Assembly (NCBI GenBank): GCA_905178155.1
Contig: CAJINV010000002.1
Location: 9,926,650 to 9,990,649, forward strand
Length of the DNA: 64,000 nt
Direction: 5' to 3'
Source of the DNA: Amoebophrya sp. A120
Taxonomy: Eukaryota; Protista; Dinoflagellata
Positions within the stretch are counted from its first letter, which is position 1, and each line of letters starts with the position of its first letter. This document shows positions 22,001-31,967 of the stretch, piece after piece. The translations under genes and the position numbers were made by a program. Below the pieces are notes generated by a model that searched no databases, was not told the DNA's origin, and saw only the letters and a program-made list of their open reading frames with translations.

Positions 22001-22615
22001 TCGTTTTACATTTGTCCTGTGTGCGGATCTCGCCTCTCCAGCGCGCCACTTTGAAGTTGCTCTCAGTCTCAATGCTCGAAACTCACTGAATGACACGTTT
22101 TTGCAGCGCTCACTTCAACGACGACGGCACTAACTTAAACTTTGAGGAATTGCACACTGAACATTAGCGACGATTAAAATTTCAATTCGACGAGGGTGAC
22201 TCTTTGCTCAGTCCCATCTTCAACAGCGAGGCGCAGAAATAAATAAAGCCGAGACTGTTTCTATCACTGAAATCCATAGACAAAAGAGATCTACGGAACT
22301 GCAGCAATTTGTTCAAAGAACTACTTCAACGTTATTTTTTTCTTCAAAAAGCAGACAAGTACCTCGCCCGCTTCAACAACTGTTCATCAAGCTCTGGACA
22401 AGTAATCATAAATTCAAGTGGTTGTTTAGCAAAACTGAAGTCTTTTGCTATTTTGACTGACTGAAAACGAAATAGAGTAGTAGTGGCTGTTCAGAAAAAG
22501 TCTAGAAGCAGTGTATCAAAAGCTGCAACATCCGAAAATAAGCAAAAGCCGCCTTAATATGCGTGGAACTTCATGCCGAAGTTTTCCCACGTCTGCTCGA
22601 CACGACAGCCTTGAC

Positions 22616-23923
22616 TCACTTCTTCGGGAAGAGCATCTTTCGCAATTCTGGCTTGTCGTTGTCCAGGCACAGCTTCAATCGGGTATCCAACGTGTTATCC
22701 ACCGAAATCGTTCCCTCCTGGCAACTCAACACCACACCACCGAGGCAAGTAGCCGGGAGGTTGCTGTTATTTTGGAGTTTCACAAAATGAAATGCTAATA
22801 GAACGCATGGTCATGCAGTGACAGCATCTTCGTCGGGGAGCATCGCAAATTGTATCACCCCAGAATCAGAAGTAAAAGCGTGCTATGATTCAATACGTTG
22901 AATCCAAGGTCAATTTCAAGGACGCACGCACGTTCGTTGCCTTAGCGATGGTTTTGGCGAATGCCTGACTGGCTGAGTCCAGGACTCCGCGTGCAATGGA
23001 CACATCGGCTGCTCGCACTTTGACGGTCACCTGACAGTGAGTTGCTATATTCATTTCGACGTACTTGTATCGGTCTTTCGACATGACAAAGCTGAAACAT
23101 GACACATGCGCGTCGAGCATGACAAACTTGTTCCCAGCGACAGTTACTGTACCTCCTCCTCCATCAGCTTCAAACACCCCTGGACAATGAGGTCGATCAG
23201 AATCTGCTTGTACTTGGCCTCCGATCTGGACGCGTCCTTCAGCTTCGCCGCTACCTCACCCGACAATAGCTCCATGCAGTTTTGCCGGGCCTCGATCTTC
23301 TTGATGCGGGCCTTGTTGATTGCCGTCGAACGGGCGATGGCGGCCTTCTGCATCACCTTCTTCTTCTGGTCGGCCATTTCGGTACCTGACAGAAATCGAT
23401 TTGAAATTTTGCAGTCACAGACCTCTCGTGGGTTTTCATCAGAGAGCAAGCCTGTAGCTGTTGCTGTCCTTTGCTTTCCGCCTGACAAAATGCAAAAAAT
23501 ACGCGTCTTCTCCTTCATGGCCTGCACCAGTTTCAGCTTTTCCACGTTAAAGTCCTCATTTGCCTTGTCCGTGATCTGCGCAGCAGTTTCCTTGGCTTCA
23601 TTCAAGTATGCATTGCAAAAGTATCGTACTCGTATAAATGCATTACAAATTTCCTCAGCCGCTGAGGAAATTTGTAATGCATTTATAGAAATAAATGCAG
23701 ATTTGCCTTGGAAACAAGATTTGTAATGCAAGACTTTTTTTTTCTAGTCTCCTCGCGCTTGACTTGTCGTTTTTTCTTTTTGATTTTTTTTTTACTTTCT
23801 TTTGATTTTCTTTTGATTTGTAATGCAAGACTTGCATTTGTACGAGTGCGATACTTTTGCACAGGATATCAAGATGAAGTTCACCATCTGCTTGATCTGC
23901 TGCTCCGCCTCCCCGTCGTTCAT
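22616..23923 (-). CDS. ATP6V1E: V-type proton ATPase subunit E
   Basis: MNDGEAEQQIKQMVNFIL-NEAKE, AIARSTAINKARIK, LIVQG, GGVVL and DNTLDTRL...LRKMLF. One introner plus GT-AG introns. Confidence 0.93.
23607..23868. mobile_element. Introner (family D) in V-ATPase E
   Basis: TIR tatgcattgcaaaagtatcgtactcgtataaatgca / tgcatttgtacgagtgcgatacttttgcacaggata, DR tcaag. Removal restores NFILNEAKE. Confidence 0.9.
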
Positions 23924-24230
23924 CTTGGGCAGATGGGATCGTGGTTTGAAGAACACAAATGAAATGATATCTGCACACAGTCGACTATTTTAATTTTTTT
24001 TTTTTGCAGGACACACGCCCGAGAAAATTTGGAAGAACCGCCTTGAAAACGACCAAAGCCGGCACTAAGCGTGGTAGGAACAGATGAAGAAGGTATCACG
24101 CAATCAATGTGATTTATCATTGAGGAAGTTGCAGATTGGTTGAATGACAGGGCACAGAAAAAACCTGAACACAGTCCTGGAACAGGCACGAGAAGTGATG
24201 GCCCGTAAAAGCGAGTCAGGGCAACGCCTC

Positions 24231-25862
24231 CTATCCTTTGTGGCAAGCAGCTAGAACCTGCTCTCGATCATGGCACTCACCTTTTTGATGCGCAAAGTGG
24301 TCTTCGTCAGGAATGACTGGTGTGTGCGCTTCAAAAATCTTTCTCGCCTTATCAACAGCGGCGGCTGCTTTTTCTCTATCCGCTTCGACATCGGTCAAGT
24401 CTATGTAGTACGGCGCCTGCCAGCGCTTTGCTCTTTCCCCCGCTGAAAAACGAGCGGGGATAAACGGTGGATACACGGAAAAAGACGGGCAATAATTGTC
24501 TTCTCGCGTATTGAGGTTAGCTTCAATAGCTTTGCGCGGAAAGATGAACAACCCGTCCACAGAATTGACTCCCGGAGCTCCGCTGTGAAAAACGATGAGA
24601 AAATCGATCAGGTGAATGTTGGTCCCTGGCCCGGAGAACACGATCCCATCAATGCGCTGTCCCTCTAGCAAAACTCGAATCCCCTGCTTCGAGCAGTCGA
24701 TGCTCTTGGACTGCAAAATTGCTTTCCGGTGCACCGTGCGGTAGCTTCCGAGGTAGGAGTTGCACAAATTTTTCTCTGCATGTTCATGCGGACCGAATGA
24801 CAAATCGTATCCCAAAGGTTTGTAGAGGACGTCTCGTAGGATCATCAGCCCGCGATGAACAGTAGCGTCGTTGGGACTCGTTGTGGATTTCTCCAGCCAC
24901 TCAGCGTAGCTTGCTGCTTGCAGCTGATGATAGATCTCCCACTGGGTCTGTAGAAACTTGCAGAGCTGCATACCACTTAACGCGGAGTCCGGTGAGACGC
25001 TAAAGAGAGATCCTCGTCCGCGGCGGCTGAAGTACTCTTTTGAATCCAGGCCGAAGACCTTGCGATCTTGTGGAGCGACGCACAAAACCGGACCGCACTG
25101 TAAGAAATCTTGTTTGAATCCGCCGCACCGTCGATTGAATCTATAATGTAGCGGATTCGGCTGTTTCTCCTCGGTCGCAGAAGATGAAGAAGAAGTCACG
25201 CCGGAAATAGCTGTAGGAGAAGCTTCCTCAGCGATGCTGTTCCGCGGCGTGATCCTCGCTCGCACTGGCGGCGCCGTTGAATACCGCAACACCAAGGGCA
25301 TCCACCGATCCGCGTCGCCGTCTTGGCCATCTTGGGAAGCTGCAGAGGTGCGGATGCGAAACAAGAACTGAGCCAGGCACCCAAGAGGCATGGCCGCCAC
25401 ATCAATCTCGACTGTCGAGTTAGCAGTCTCCTTGTATTTCCGAATTTCATCTCGCACCAAGTTGATCGCGAAGCCCCTTGCTTTGTATCTTTCGTGCGCG
25501 ACCAACACAGCATCTTGATTCATCGACGATTCATCCAGGCAAAAGCGTCGTGGACGGCAGTTCCTACGAGCACGTCCAGTATATGGGCTTGCGTATCCAA
25601 GAAAGTCCCCATATCCCGCCCATCCAGAGTTTGCGTATACCACATCAGACCGAGCTGGAACTCCACGCGGCCGATTTTGCTTGTGCCATGCACACCAACC
25701 TTCTGCTTTTCGTAAACCCGATTTACGTGCGATTTCTCGAGCGCGTTCAAAAGACAGAAAGCTCGTAAACGCGCCCCGTCGTGCTGCACGACCTGCGACA
25801 CAGCTCCCTTCTGCTGGAAATCGAGACTTCACAATGTGAAACGCTATTTCTCCGGAATGCAT
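24231..25862 (-). CDS. Tandem paralog 5: integrase-repeat-like module plus MepB/PD-(D/E)XK-like domains
   Basis: 543-aa intronless ORF sharing F..AR..AR..GL...W..W.K...P.G.P....VY...GW.G..DFLG and DFLIVFH...GLFIFPR...VYPP...WQ..YYIDL with the other four. Confidence 0.8.
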   Translation of the reverse strand: MHSGEIAFHIVKSRFPAEGSCVAGRAARRGAFTSFLSFERAREIARKSGLRKAEGWCAWHKQNRPRGVPARSDVVYANSGWAGYGDFLGYASPYTGRARRNCRPRRFCLDESSMNQDAVLVAHERYKARGFAINLVRDEIRKYKETANSTVEIDVAAMPLGCLAQFLFRIRTSAASQDGQDGDADRWMPLVLRYSTAPPVRARITPRNSIAEEASPTAISGVTSSSSSATEEKQPNPLHYRFNRRCGGFKQDFLQCGPVLCVAPQDRKVFGLDSKEYFSRRGRGSLFSVSPDSALSGMQLCKFLQTQWEIYHQLQAASYAEWLEKSTTSPNDATVHRGLMILRDVLYKPLGYDLSFGPHEHAEKNLCNSYLGSYRTVHRKAILQSKSIDCSKQGIRVLLEGQRIDGIVFSGPGTNIHLIDFLIVFHSGAPGVNSVDGLFIFPRKAIEANLNTREDNYCPSFSVYPPFIPARFSAGERAKRWQAPYYIDLTDVEADREKAAAAVDKARKIFEAHTPVIPDEDHFAHQKGECHDREQVLAACHKG

Positions 25863-26138
25863 GGTGTTAGTTTACTATGATAGATTGGTGTTTGACTCGT
25901 CGTTCATACATAATTTTTCGTATTCGACAACTTCGGCATTTATCTTTATTGTTTTGCGCACCCTTTGCGATTGGAACTGAAAAGTAGCAACATCTCCAGC
26001 ACCAGCCCGTTTCTGTGAGTGATACCATGCCCGGCAGGGTCGAACACGACTTCCTGACAAACAATCGCTCCTCAGCAGTGAGCCAAGATGCTCGCACGTC
26101 GATGCTGAGAGTGAAATGATAGCTTCCAGTGTCGTTCC

Positions 26139-27644
26139 TCAATTCTGGCTTGTAGCACGAACATGAACCTGAGAGCAGCCTGTTCCTGTCGCCAAATTTG
26201 GTATTATTTCTGGAGTGCGCGAATTAAAAATTTCGCGTGCCTTCTGAATGGCTACACGAGACTTAGCAGTATCGGTGTCTACATCTCGAAGATCGATATA
26301 GTAGGGCACTTGCCACTCCTTTGCTGCTTTTCCTACCTGCCGTTTTGGGTCAGACGTCGGTGGGTAAATGGAAAAGGAGGGACAGAAGGCCTCCTCTCGC
26401 TTGTTAAGGTGTCGCGCAACTGCTTCGCGAGGTAGAATGAAGACGCCATGCACCGTGTCGCTGCCGCATCGTCCGCCGTGAAAGAGCACGACAAAATCGA
26501 TCATGTGGATATTCGCTCGCGGTCCGGAGAAAACAATTCCATCGGTGCGGTCGGATTCCAGGAGCACTCGCAGTCCCGAGGTGGTCGAATCGTCGGCTGC
26601 CCGTTGGTCGACAGTCGCTTTTCGGTGCACGGTACGAAAGCCGGAGAGGTAGACGTTGCACAAGTTTGTCGTCGACATTTCGTTCGGGCAGAAGTTGAAC
26701 GAAAGTCCCAATGGGTTGTACAACATTTTTCGTAGCTTCATCAATCCGCTGTAGTACGCCTTGTCGAAGCCACTGGGAGCGAGCCGCGGGAGCCAGTCAC
26801 TAAAACTTCGCTTCTGATCCGCGTACTTTTCCCACTGTCGCTCGAGAAATAGTGAGATTTGCTCACCATCCAGAGCTGTTGATTGATGCACATTGAATTC
26901 ACACGTCAACATACGGACACTGGAAGCATCTAGTGCAAAAATCTTGTCGTCTTTGGCTGCAACGCACAACAGCGGTCCTTTCTGAATGCACCCTTTGCCT
27001 TTCCCGCGGCATCTCCAGAACCGATAAACGGGGTCTTCAGTCGTTCCAGGTGCAGTACGGTCAATCTCAGGCCGTGCTCGACGATATATTCCAAGCGTGG
27101 ATCGCAGAGCAATTGGGATCCATTCGTCTGCGTCCTGGTCAACTTCTCTACTGCTCACCCTCGCAGGCGCTCGTACACGAAACAGAAATGACGCGACGCA
27201 ATTTATTGGGAGGGACCGCAACTCGATGATGGAGGACGCGCAAGATCTCTCGGACCGGCACTGGGCAGCATCCTGAATTTTTTTGAGCAGCAGATTCATC
27301 GCAGTCACGCGTTGAGAAAAGCGTCGCTGCCCGTCCTGCAGCTTCACCGGTTCTGCGACATCCAAATGGCGTCGGCGCCGTATTCGCGCAGGTTCGTACC
27401 CAAGAAAATCCGGAAAATTTTGCCACCCGAGACCACGGTAGACACGATTGGGATTCGACGGAACGCCGGGTGGTCGGTTCTTCTTGTGCCATTTCCACCA
27501 GTCGCGAACTCCACAGACGCCAGACTTCCTCGCAATAGCTCGGGCCTTCGCGAAGGGTAAGTACTGCTTTGCGGCGTTGGACGAGGCTCTTCCGAAAGGC
27601 CCGCCTGTTGATGCGGGTGAGCAAGCAGCGGAAGCAACCGTCAT
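26139..27644 (-). CDS. Tandem paralog 4 (same family)
   Basis: 501 aa, same motif series. Confidence 0.8.
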   Translation of the reverse strand: MTVASAACSPASTGGPFGRASSNAAKQYLPFAKARAIARKSGVCGVRDWWKWHKKNRPPGVPSNPNRVYRGLGWQNFPDFLGYEPARIRRRRHLDVAEPVKLQDGQRRFSQRVTAMNLLLKKIQDAAQCRSERSCASSIIELRSLPINCVASFLFRVRAPARVSSREVDQDADEWIPIALRSTLGIYRRARPEIDRTAPGTTEDPVYRFWRCRGKGKGCIQKGPLLCVAAKDDKIFALDASSVRMLTCEFNVHQSTALDGEQISLFLERQWEKYADQKRSFSDWLPRLAPSGFDKAYYSGLMKLRKMLYNPLGLSFNFCPNEMSTTNLCNVYLSGFRTVHRKATVDQRAADDSTTSGLRVLLESDRTDGIVFSGPRANIHMIDFVVLFHGGRCGSDTVHGVFILPREAVARHLNKREEAFCPSFSIYPPTSDPKRQVGKAAKEWQVPYYIDLRDVDTDTAKSRVAIQKAREIFNSRTPEIIPNLATGTGCSQVHVRATSQN

Positions 27645-27897
27645 CTTGACATCTTCTCAAAAACAACAAAGGCGTGCATGTGTAGTCTTGCCAATGCAAC
27701 GGCAGAGGGGGATGTCTTCAATTAACATACTTACTCGTCCAAAAAACTTCAAATGGTGTCGCTCGGAGAGCTCTACGTGTGCCGTGCCGAACAAGTCATA
27801 GTTCTTCAGACATTTTAGCTGCTCTGTGCATCTCTTGTACCTGTGCCTCTTCATGAAGCGCTCTCGCTTATCAGAGACAGTGACAGCTTCGCTTTCT

Positions 27898-29376
27898 TTA
27901 GGAAGTCTCTAAATTGAAAATTTTCCGCGCTTTTTCGACCGCTGCAAAAGCGCTGATTTCGTCATTTTTTGTTGCTTTCAAATCAATGTAGTATTGCTCT
28001 TGCCAGTCGCGCGCACGTTTGCCGGCCCAGTATCTTGGAATTGAAGACGGAACGTACACTGAGAAAGCTGGACAGAAGCCTTCCTTGCGGTCATTCAGAT
28101 GTTCCAGGAGCGCACTTCGTGGAAAGATGAAAACGCCCTCGACGTCGATTGTTCGATCCTGTGCGGGACCGTGGAAGACCACAAGAAAATCGATCAGGTT
28201 GATGTTTGCACCCGTACCGGAAAACACAATCCCGTCCAGCCGTGCGGTGTCGAGAAGGACTTTCATACCCCGAGAGGCTGAATATCCGCGCCAATGTTGA
28301 ATGGACTTTCGGTGGACGATCCGGTGCGGTCCGACGTAGGTGTTGCACAGGTTGAGTGAGGATAGCTCGTTCGGACAAAACTCCAAAGCGTACCCAAGCG
28401 GCTTGTACAAATTATTGAGCAAGTACATAATGCCACCGTGTGCGACGGCGTCCAGACAGCTCGTCGGTAACTCGCTCATCCAATCACAAAATCGCGCCTT
28501 TCTGTACTGCGGATTATTCCAGTGAGTTCGCAAAGTATCGCAGACAGCGTCAATATCGATTGCCTCCGAGACCGGTATGTGGAATCTTGTGGCTAGACTA
28601 CCCGGCTCTCCTGACTCCGGGTTCTGCAAGAAGAGTTTTCTTTCAGTCGGAGCGACGCACAGCAGCGGACCATACTGTAGCCGTGTACTTTCTGCCGGAT
28701 TACATCTCCAGTATCGGTAACTCACACGGTCACGATCAGGATCATCATCTGCGGCGCGTCTATTCCGTTCTCCAGCAGAAGTCTTCCATTTAGTGCGAAA
28801 CTGAAAAGTCGACGATCGCAAGAGGATGGGCATCCACTGGTCAGCTTCCTGAGGTGCAGGGTCACTCCGCACGCGAAAGAGAAATGTTGCAATGTAGTTA
28901 AATGGTAGAACCTTCACGTCGATTTGCTGCAGGGGCTGTGTTCTCTTGTTTACCTTGTCGATTTCTTCACGGACGAAATTTATCGCCGCGACGCGCTGTG
29001 AGTACCGCTCACGGCCGCGCCCTTTCAGTTCGGGTTGGCCGTCTTCGAAACGTCGTTGTCGACATCCGGGTCTTTGCCGCTGTCCCATCGCGCCCTCGTA
29101 TCCCAGAAAGTTGGCATACCCATTCCAGCCAGCCCCCGCGTAAATTTTATGCGGAGCTGAGGGAATTCCTGGGGGTTTTGTTACCTTGTACCAGCGCCAC
29201 CACGCTTCTGCGCTACCGAGTTCGGCTTTGCGAACATTTTCGCGGGCCTGTACAAACGGTAAATAGACTTTCCGCCGACCACCTCTCAAACCGTGAGTAC
29301 GCTGCACGGCCTGGCGAATTGTTGCAATGGACGAGGTCTGGGACCCCCACGCGTCCGCAAGGGCCAAACCAGCCAT
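27898..29376 (-). CDS. Tandem paralog 3 (same family)
   Basis: 492 aa, same motif series. Confidence 0.8.
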   Translation of the reverse strand: MAGLALADAWGSQTSSIATIRQAVQRTHGLRGGRRKVYLPFVQARENVRKAELGSAEAWWRWYKVTKPPGIPSAPHKIYAGAGWNGYANFLGYEGAMGQRQRPGCRQRRFEDGQPELKGRGRERYSQRVAAINFVREEIDKVNKRTQPLQQIDVKVLPFNYIATFLFRVRSDPAPQEADQWMPILLRSSTFQFRTKWKTSAGERNRRAADDDPDRDRVSYRYWRCNPAESTRLQYGPLLCVAPTERKLFLQNPESGEPGSLATRFHIPVSEAIDIDAVCDTLRTHWNNPQYRKARFCDWMSELPTSCLDAVAHGGIMYLLNNLYKPLGYALEFCPNELSSLNLCNTYVGPHRIVHRKSIQHWRGYSASRGMKVLLDTARLDGIVFSGTGANINLIDFLVVFHGPAQDRTIDVEGVFIFPRSALLEHLNDRKEGFCPAFSVYVPSSIPRYWAGKRARDWQEQYYIDLKATKNDEISAFAAVEKARKIFNLETS

Positions 29377-29626
29377 TCTGAGGGTGTGGCACGTATTAAG
29401 TAGATTAATCTAAATCTTCATCGTAACTTAGAGCGATTAGTTTCCAACTCGCTCTCAAAATAGAGGCGCTCTTCTATACAAAATTTCTCGATTGCGCTCG
29501 CTGATTCTCGCATTCGCATTGTTTTCAAGACAACAACGGATAATCTCTATCTCAGAGTCATCAGAACAAAAGCAGGGACAGGGAGACGTCCTCGCTACAT
29601 GAATCAAATGAGACAAGGAGTAGCAT

Positions 29627-31165
29627 TTAAGTACTAGAGGTATTTCCCGATGGTTCTTGTCTATCACGAGTTTCATCACTGGTCGCGACGGGCGCCAGAG
29701 GAATCCTTCCAAACCTGTCAAAAATATTTTGAGCCTGCGCTAGTGCTCTTGCGGCCTTTGCTTTATCCGTTTCGATGCCCGATAGATCAACGTAAAACGG
29801 TATTTGCCATCGCTGCGCCTTGCGTGCAATTACCAGCTTCGGCGTAACCGACGGAGGATATACCATTAACGAAGACAAAAAAGATTCTGCCCGCTGCCCC
29901 AAATTTGCAAATAGGATTTCTCGTGGAATGATGAAAACGCCATTGACCAGTTGGCTTTGTGCACTCGGGCCGTGGAATACGATGAGAAAATCAAGTAGGT
30001 CGATATTCCTTCCGAGTCCGCTAAACACGATTCCATCTCGCCGCGGAGTAGCAAGGAGCACCTTTAGCCCGGCGCCGGCACGGCTGCCTCGCACGAACGA
30101 GTGCGCCCTTCGGTGTACGGTTCGAAAAGCTCCAACGTAAGCATTGCAAACACTTGGTCCGGACTGCTGCTCATTTGGACAAAAAGAAAAATCGTACCGG
30201 AGCTGATCGTAGAGGAGTTTCCGTAACGTGACTATTCCATCGTGTATTGCAGTATCATACGTGCTGGATGACAATTCAATCAGCCACTCCCCAAACGGTC
30301 GTCGCTTTTCCGCATGCAGATTCCACTGCTCCAACAGGAAGGTGTTCAGCGATCTGCTCTTGACAGCTGCAGAAGAGGGAAGAATAAATCTTATCGGTAG
30401 TCCACCGACGACGGTCGTGTCAAACAGAAACATTTTCTGTTGCCGCGCTGCCACGCATACTAACGGACCGCACGGCTCTGGATGAGAGTGGCGCTTGAAC
30501 CAATTGCATCGCCAAAATCGATAACCGTGAGATGGATGTTGCGCAGTGACAACGGGGGTGTCGACTCGATCATCGGGAGCGCCCCGGTCTGTGATGCAAC
30601 ATTTTGATCGAACTGAAACGACCTGCGCATCTTTCGATGAACGCAGTAGTATCGGCATCCACAAGTCGCTTTGCGGTTCTGCTCGCTTGCCCTTCTCGTT
30701 CTCCGGCTTAGTGATACTACGAGGGCGGAACAGAAACGACGCAGAGCAATTGAATGGCAGAAGCTTCAAATCGACCACAGAGTTGGCATTCGCATTCGAC
30801 GCTGCTGCATTCGTTTTCCTCACTTCGTTCTGAACGAAGTCCATTGCTTCCACTCGCTGCAAAAAACGATTTCGACCGTGCTCTCCCGGTGGTGGCAGAG
30901 GACGCTGTCTTTTTCGCGAAAGCGTGTAGCCAAGAAAGTCGGGGAATCCCCTCCATCCTTCTTTTGCGTAAACGCGATGTGGGGTCGAAGGCAAACCCGG
31001 AGGCTGATTTTCCTTATGCCATTGCCACCACAATGAACACTTGCGGAACCCGAGCTTTCGTGCTTCCTCGCGAGCTTGCTCAAATGGCAGATATGCAGGT
31101 CGGATTCTCCCTCGCATTGTTGTAGTACGTCTACCGCCCACTTCAACTTTATGCATTTTTAGCAT
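29627..31165 (-). CDS. Tandem paralog 2 (same family)
   Basis: 512 aa, same motif series. Confidence 0.8.
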   Translation of the reverse strand: MLKMHKVEVGGRRTTTMRGRIRPAYLPFEQAREEARKLGFRKCSLWWQWHKENQPPGLPSTPHRVYAKEGWRGFPDFLGYTLSRKRQRPLPPPGEHGRNRFLQRVEAMDFVQNEVRKTNAAASNANANSVVDLKLLPFNCSASFLFRPRSITKPENEKGKRAEPQSDLWMPILLRSSKDAQVVSVRSKCCITDRGAPDDRVDTPVVTAQHPSHGYRFWRCNWFKRHSHPEPCGPLVCVAARQQKMFLFDTTVVGGLPIRFILPSSAAVKSRSLNTFLLEQWNLHAEKRRPFGEWLIELSSSTYDTAIHDGIVTLRKLLYDQLRYDFSFCPNEQQSGPSVCNAYVGAFRTVHRRAHSFVRGSRAGAGLKVLLATPRRDGIVFSGLGRNIDLLDFLIVFHGPSAQSQLVNGVFIIPREILFANLGQRAESFLSSLMVYPPSVTPKLVIARKAQRWQIPFYVDLSGIETDKAKAARALAQAQNIFDRFGRIPLAPVATSDETRDRQEPSGNTSST

Positions 31166-31573
31166 CCCCTAGCGACAGCGAGAAGGTGAAGGCAAGAAAT
31201 AATCACCAAACTGTATTTTTGTCTCTCCATGACACCACGATGATTTTGCACTCTCGCCCACACGTAAAGGAGATAGATGTGACGCTGGCCTTTTTTCCTC
31301 TCAGCTCGTATTTCGCGCATCGTGCTTGTGACCAGTTTTTCAAAATAATCCAAATCTGTTCTCTCGTGCTGTGTGAACATGAAATAAATCAAGCTGCAGT
31401 CGAATGCCGAAAACTCTGCCTCACGGCAAGAGAGATCAACGAAGCCTGTAGCGTGTCGATCAATGAGCTGATCATGCTCCACGGCACCATTCCTCCTTGG
31501 AGACGCAAGCGTACTTGACACGTCTGAGGTGTTGAAAACAGGCAGCGGGAACGGGAGGAATTGATGGGAGTCT

Positions 31574-31834
31574 CTAGAACGCTAATTCACGCATATAAAC
31601 TTTTGCATAGTATTTTCCCATATTTGCCGGATCGGCTCCTACCGCTATCCTGAACAAATCCGGATCCGGCCTTGCACCAATCCCTGCTCCCATCAGCTCC
31701 TCCACTGGATGGCTTAGCTGTCTTTTCCCTGCTTCAAACAGTGAATTTCCCGTCATATTTATCCGGTCCGCACCGCCGTTCTTCTCGTCCAGAAGGAGAA
31801 AATCGTTAACGTATGGCAGTGATTTTCGGTACTG
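31574..31834 (-). pseudogene. Orphan duplicate of the last 87 codons of the gene at 33807-34723 (relic or alternative last exon)
   Basis: Colinear with 33807-34067 with no indels and mostly synonymous differences. The 5' part is absent. Confidence 0.7.
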
Positions 31835-31967
31835 TTTTGCTTTCCAACGTTCCGTTTTTCTTTCAAACCATCTCTATCGCGTACGGAATTGTGCTTGTTC
31901 GATGGAAATGAAAATGTAGTTTATTCAAGCTGCCTCAATATCCCTGTTGTTCGTGTTCCAATTCAAA

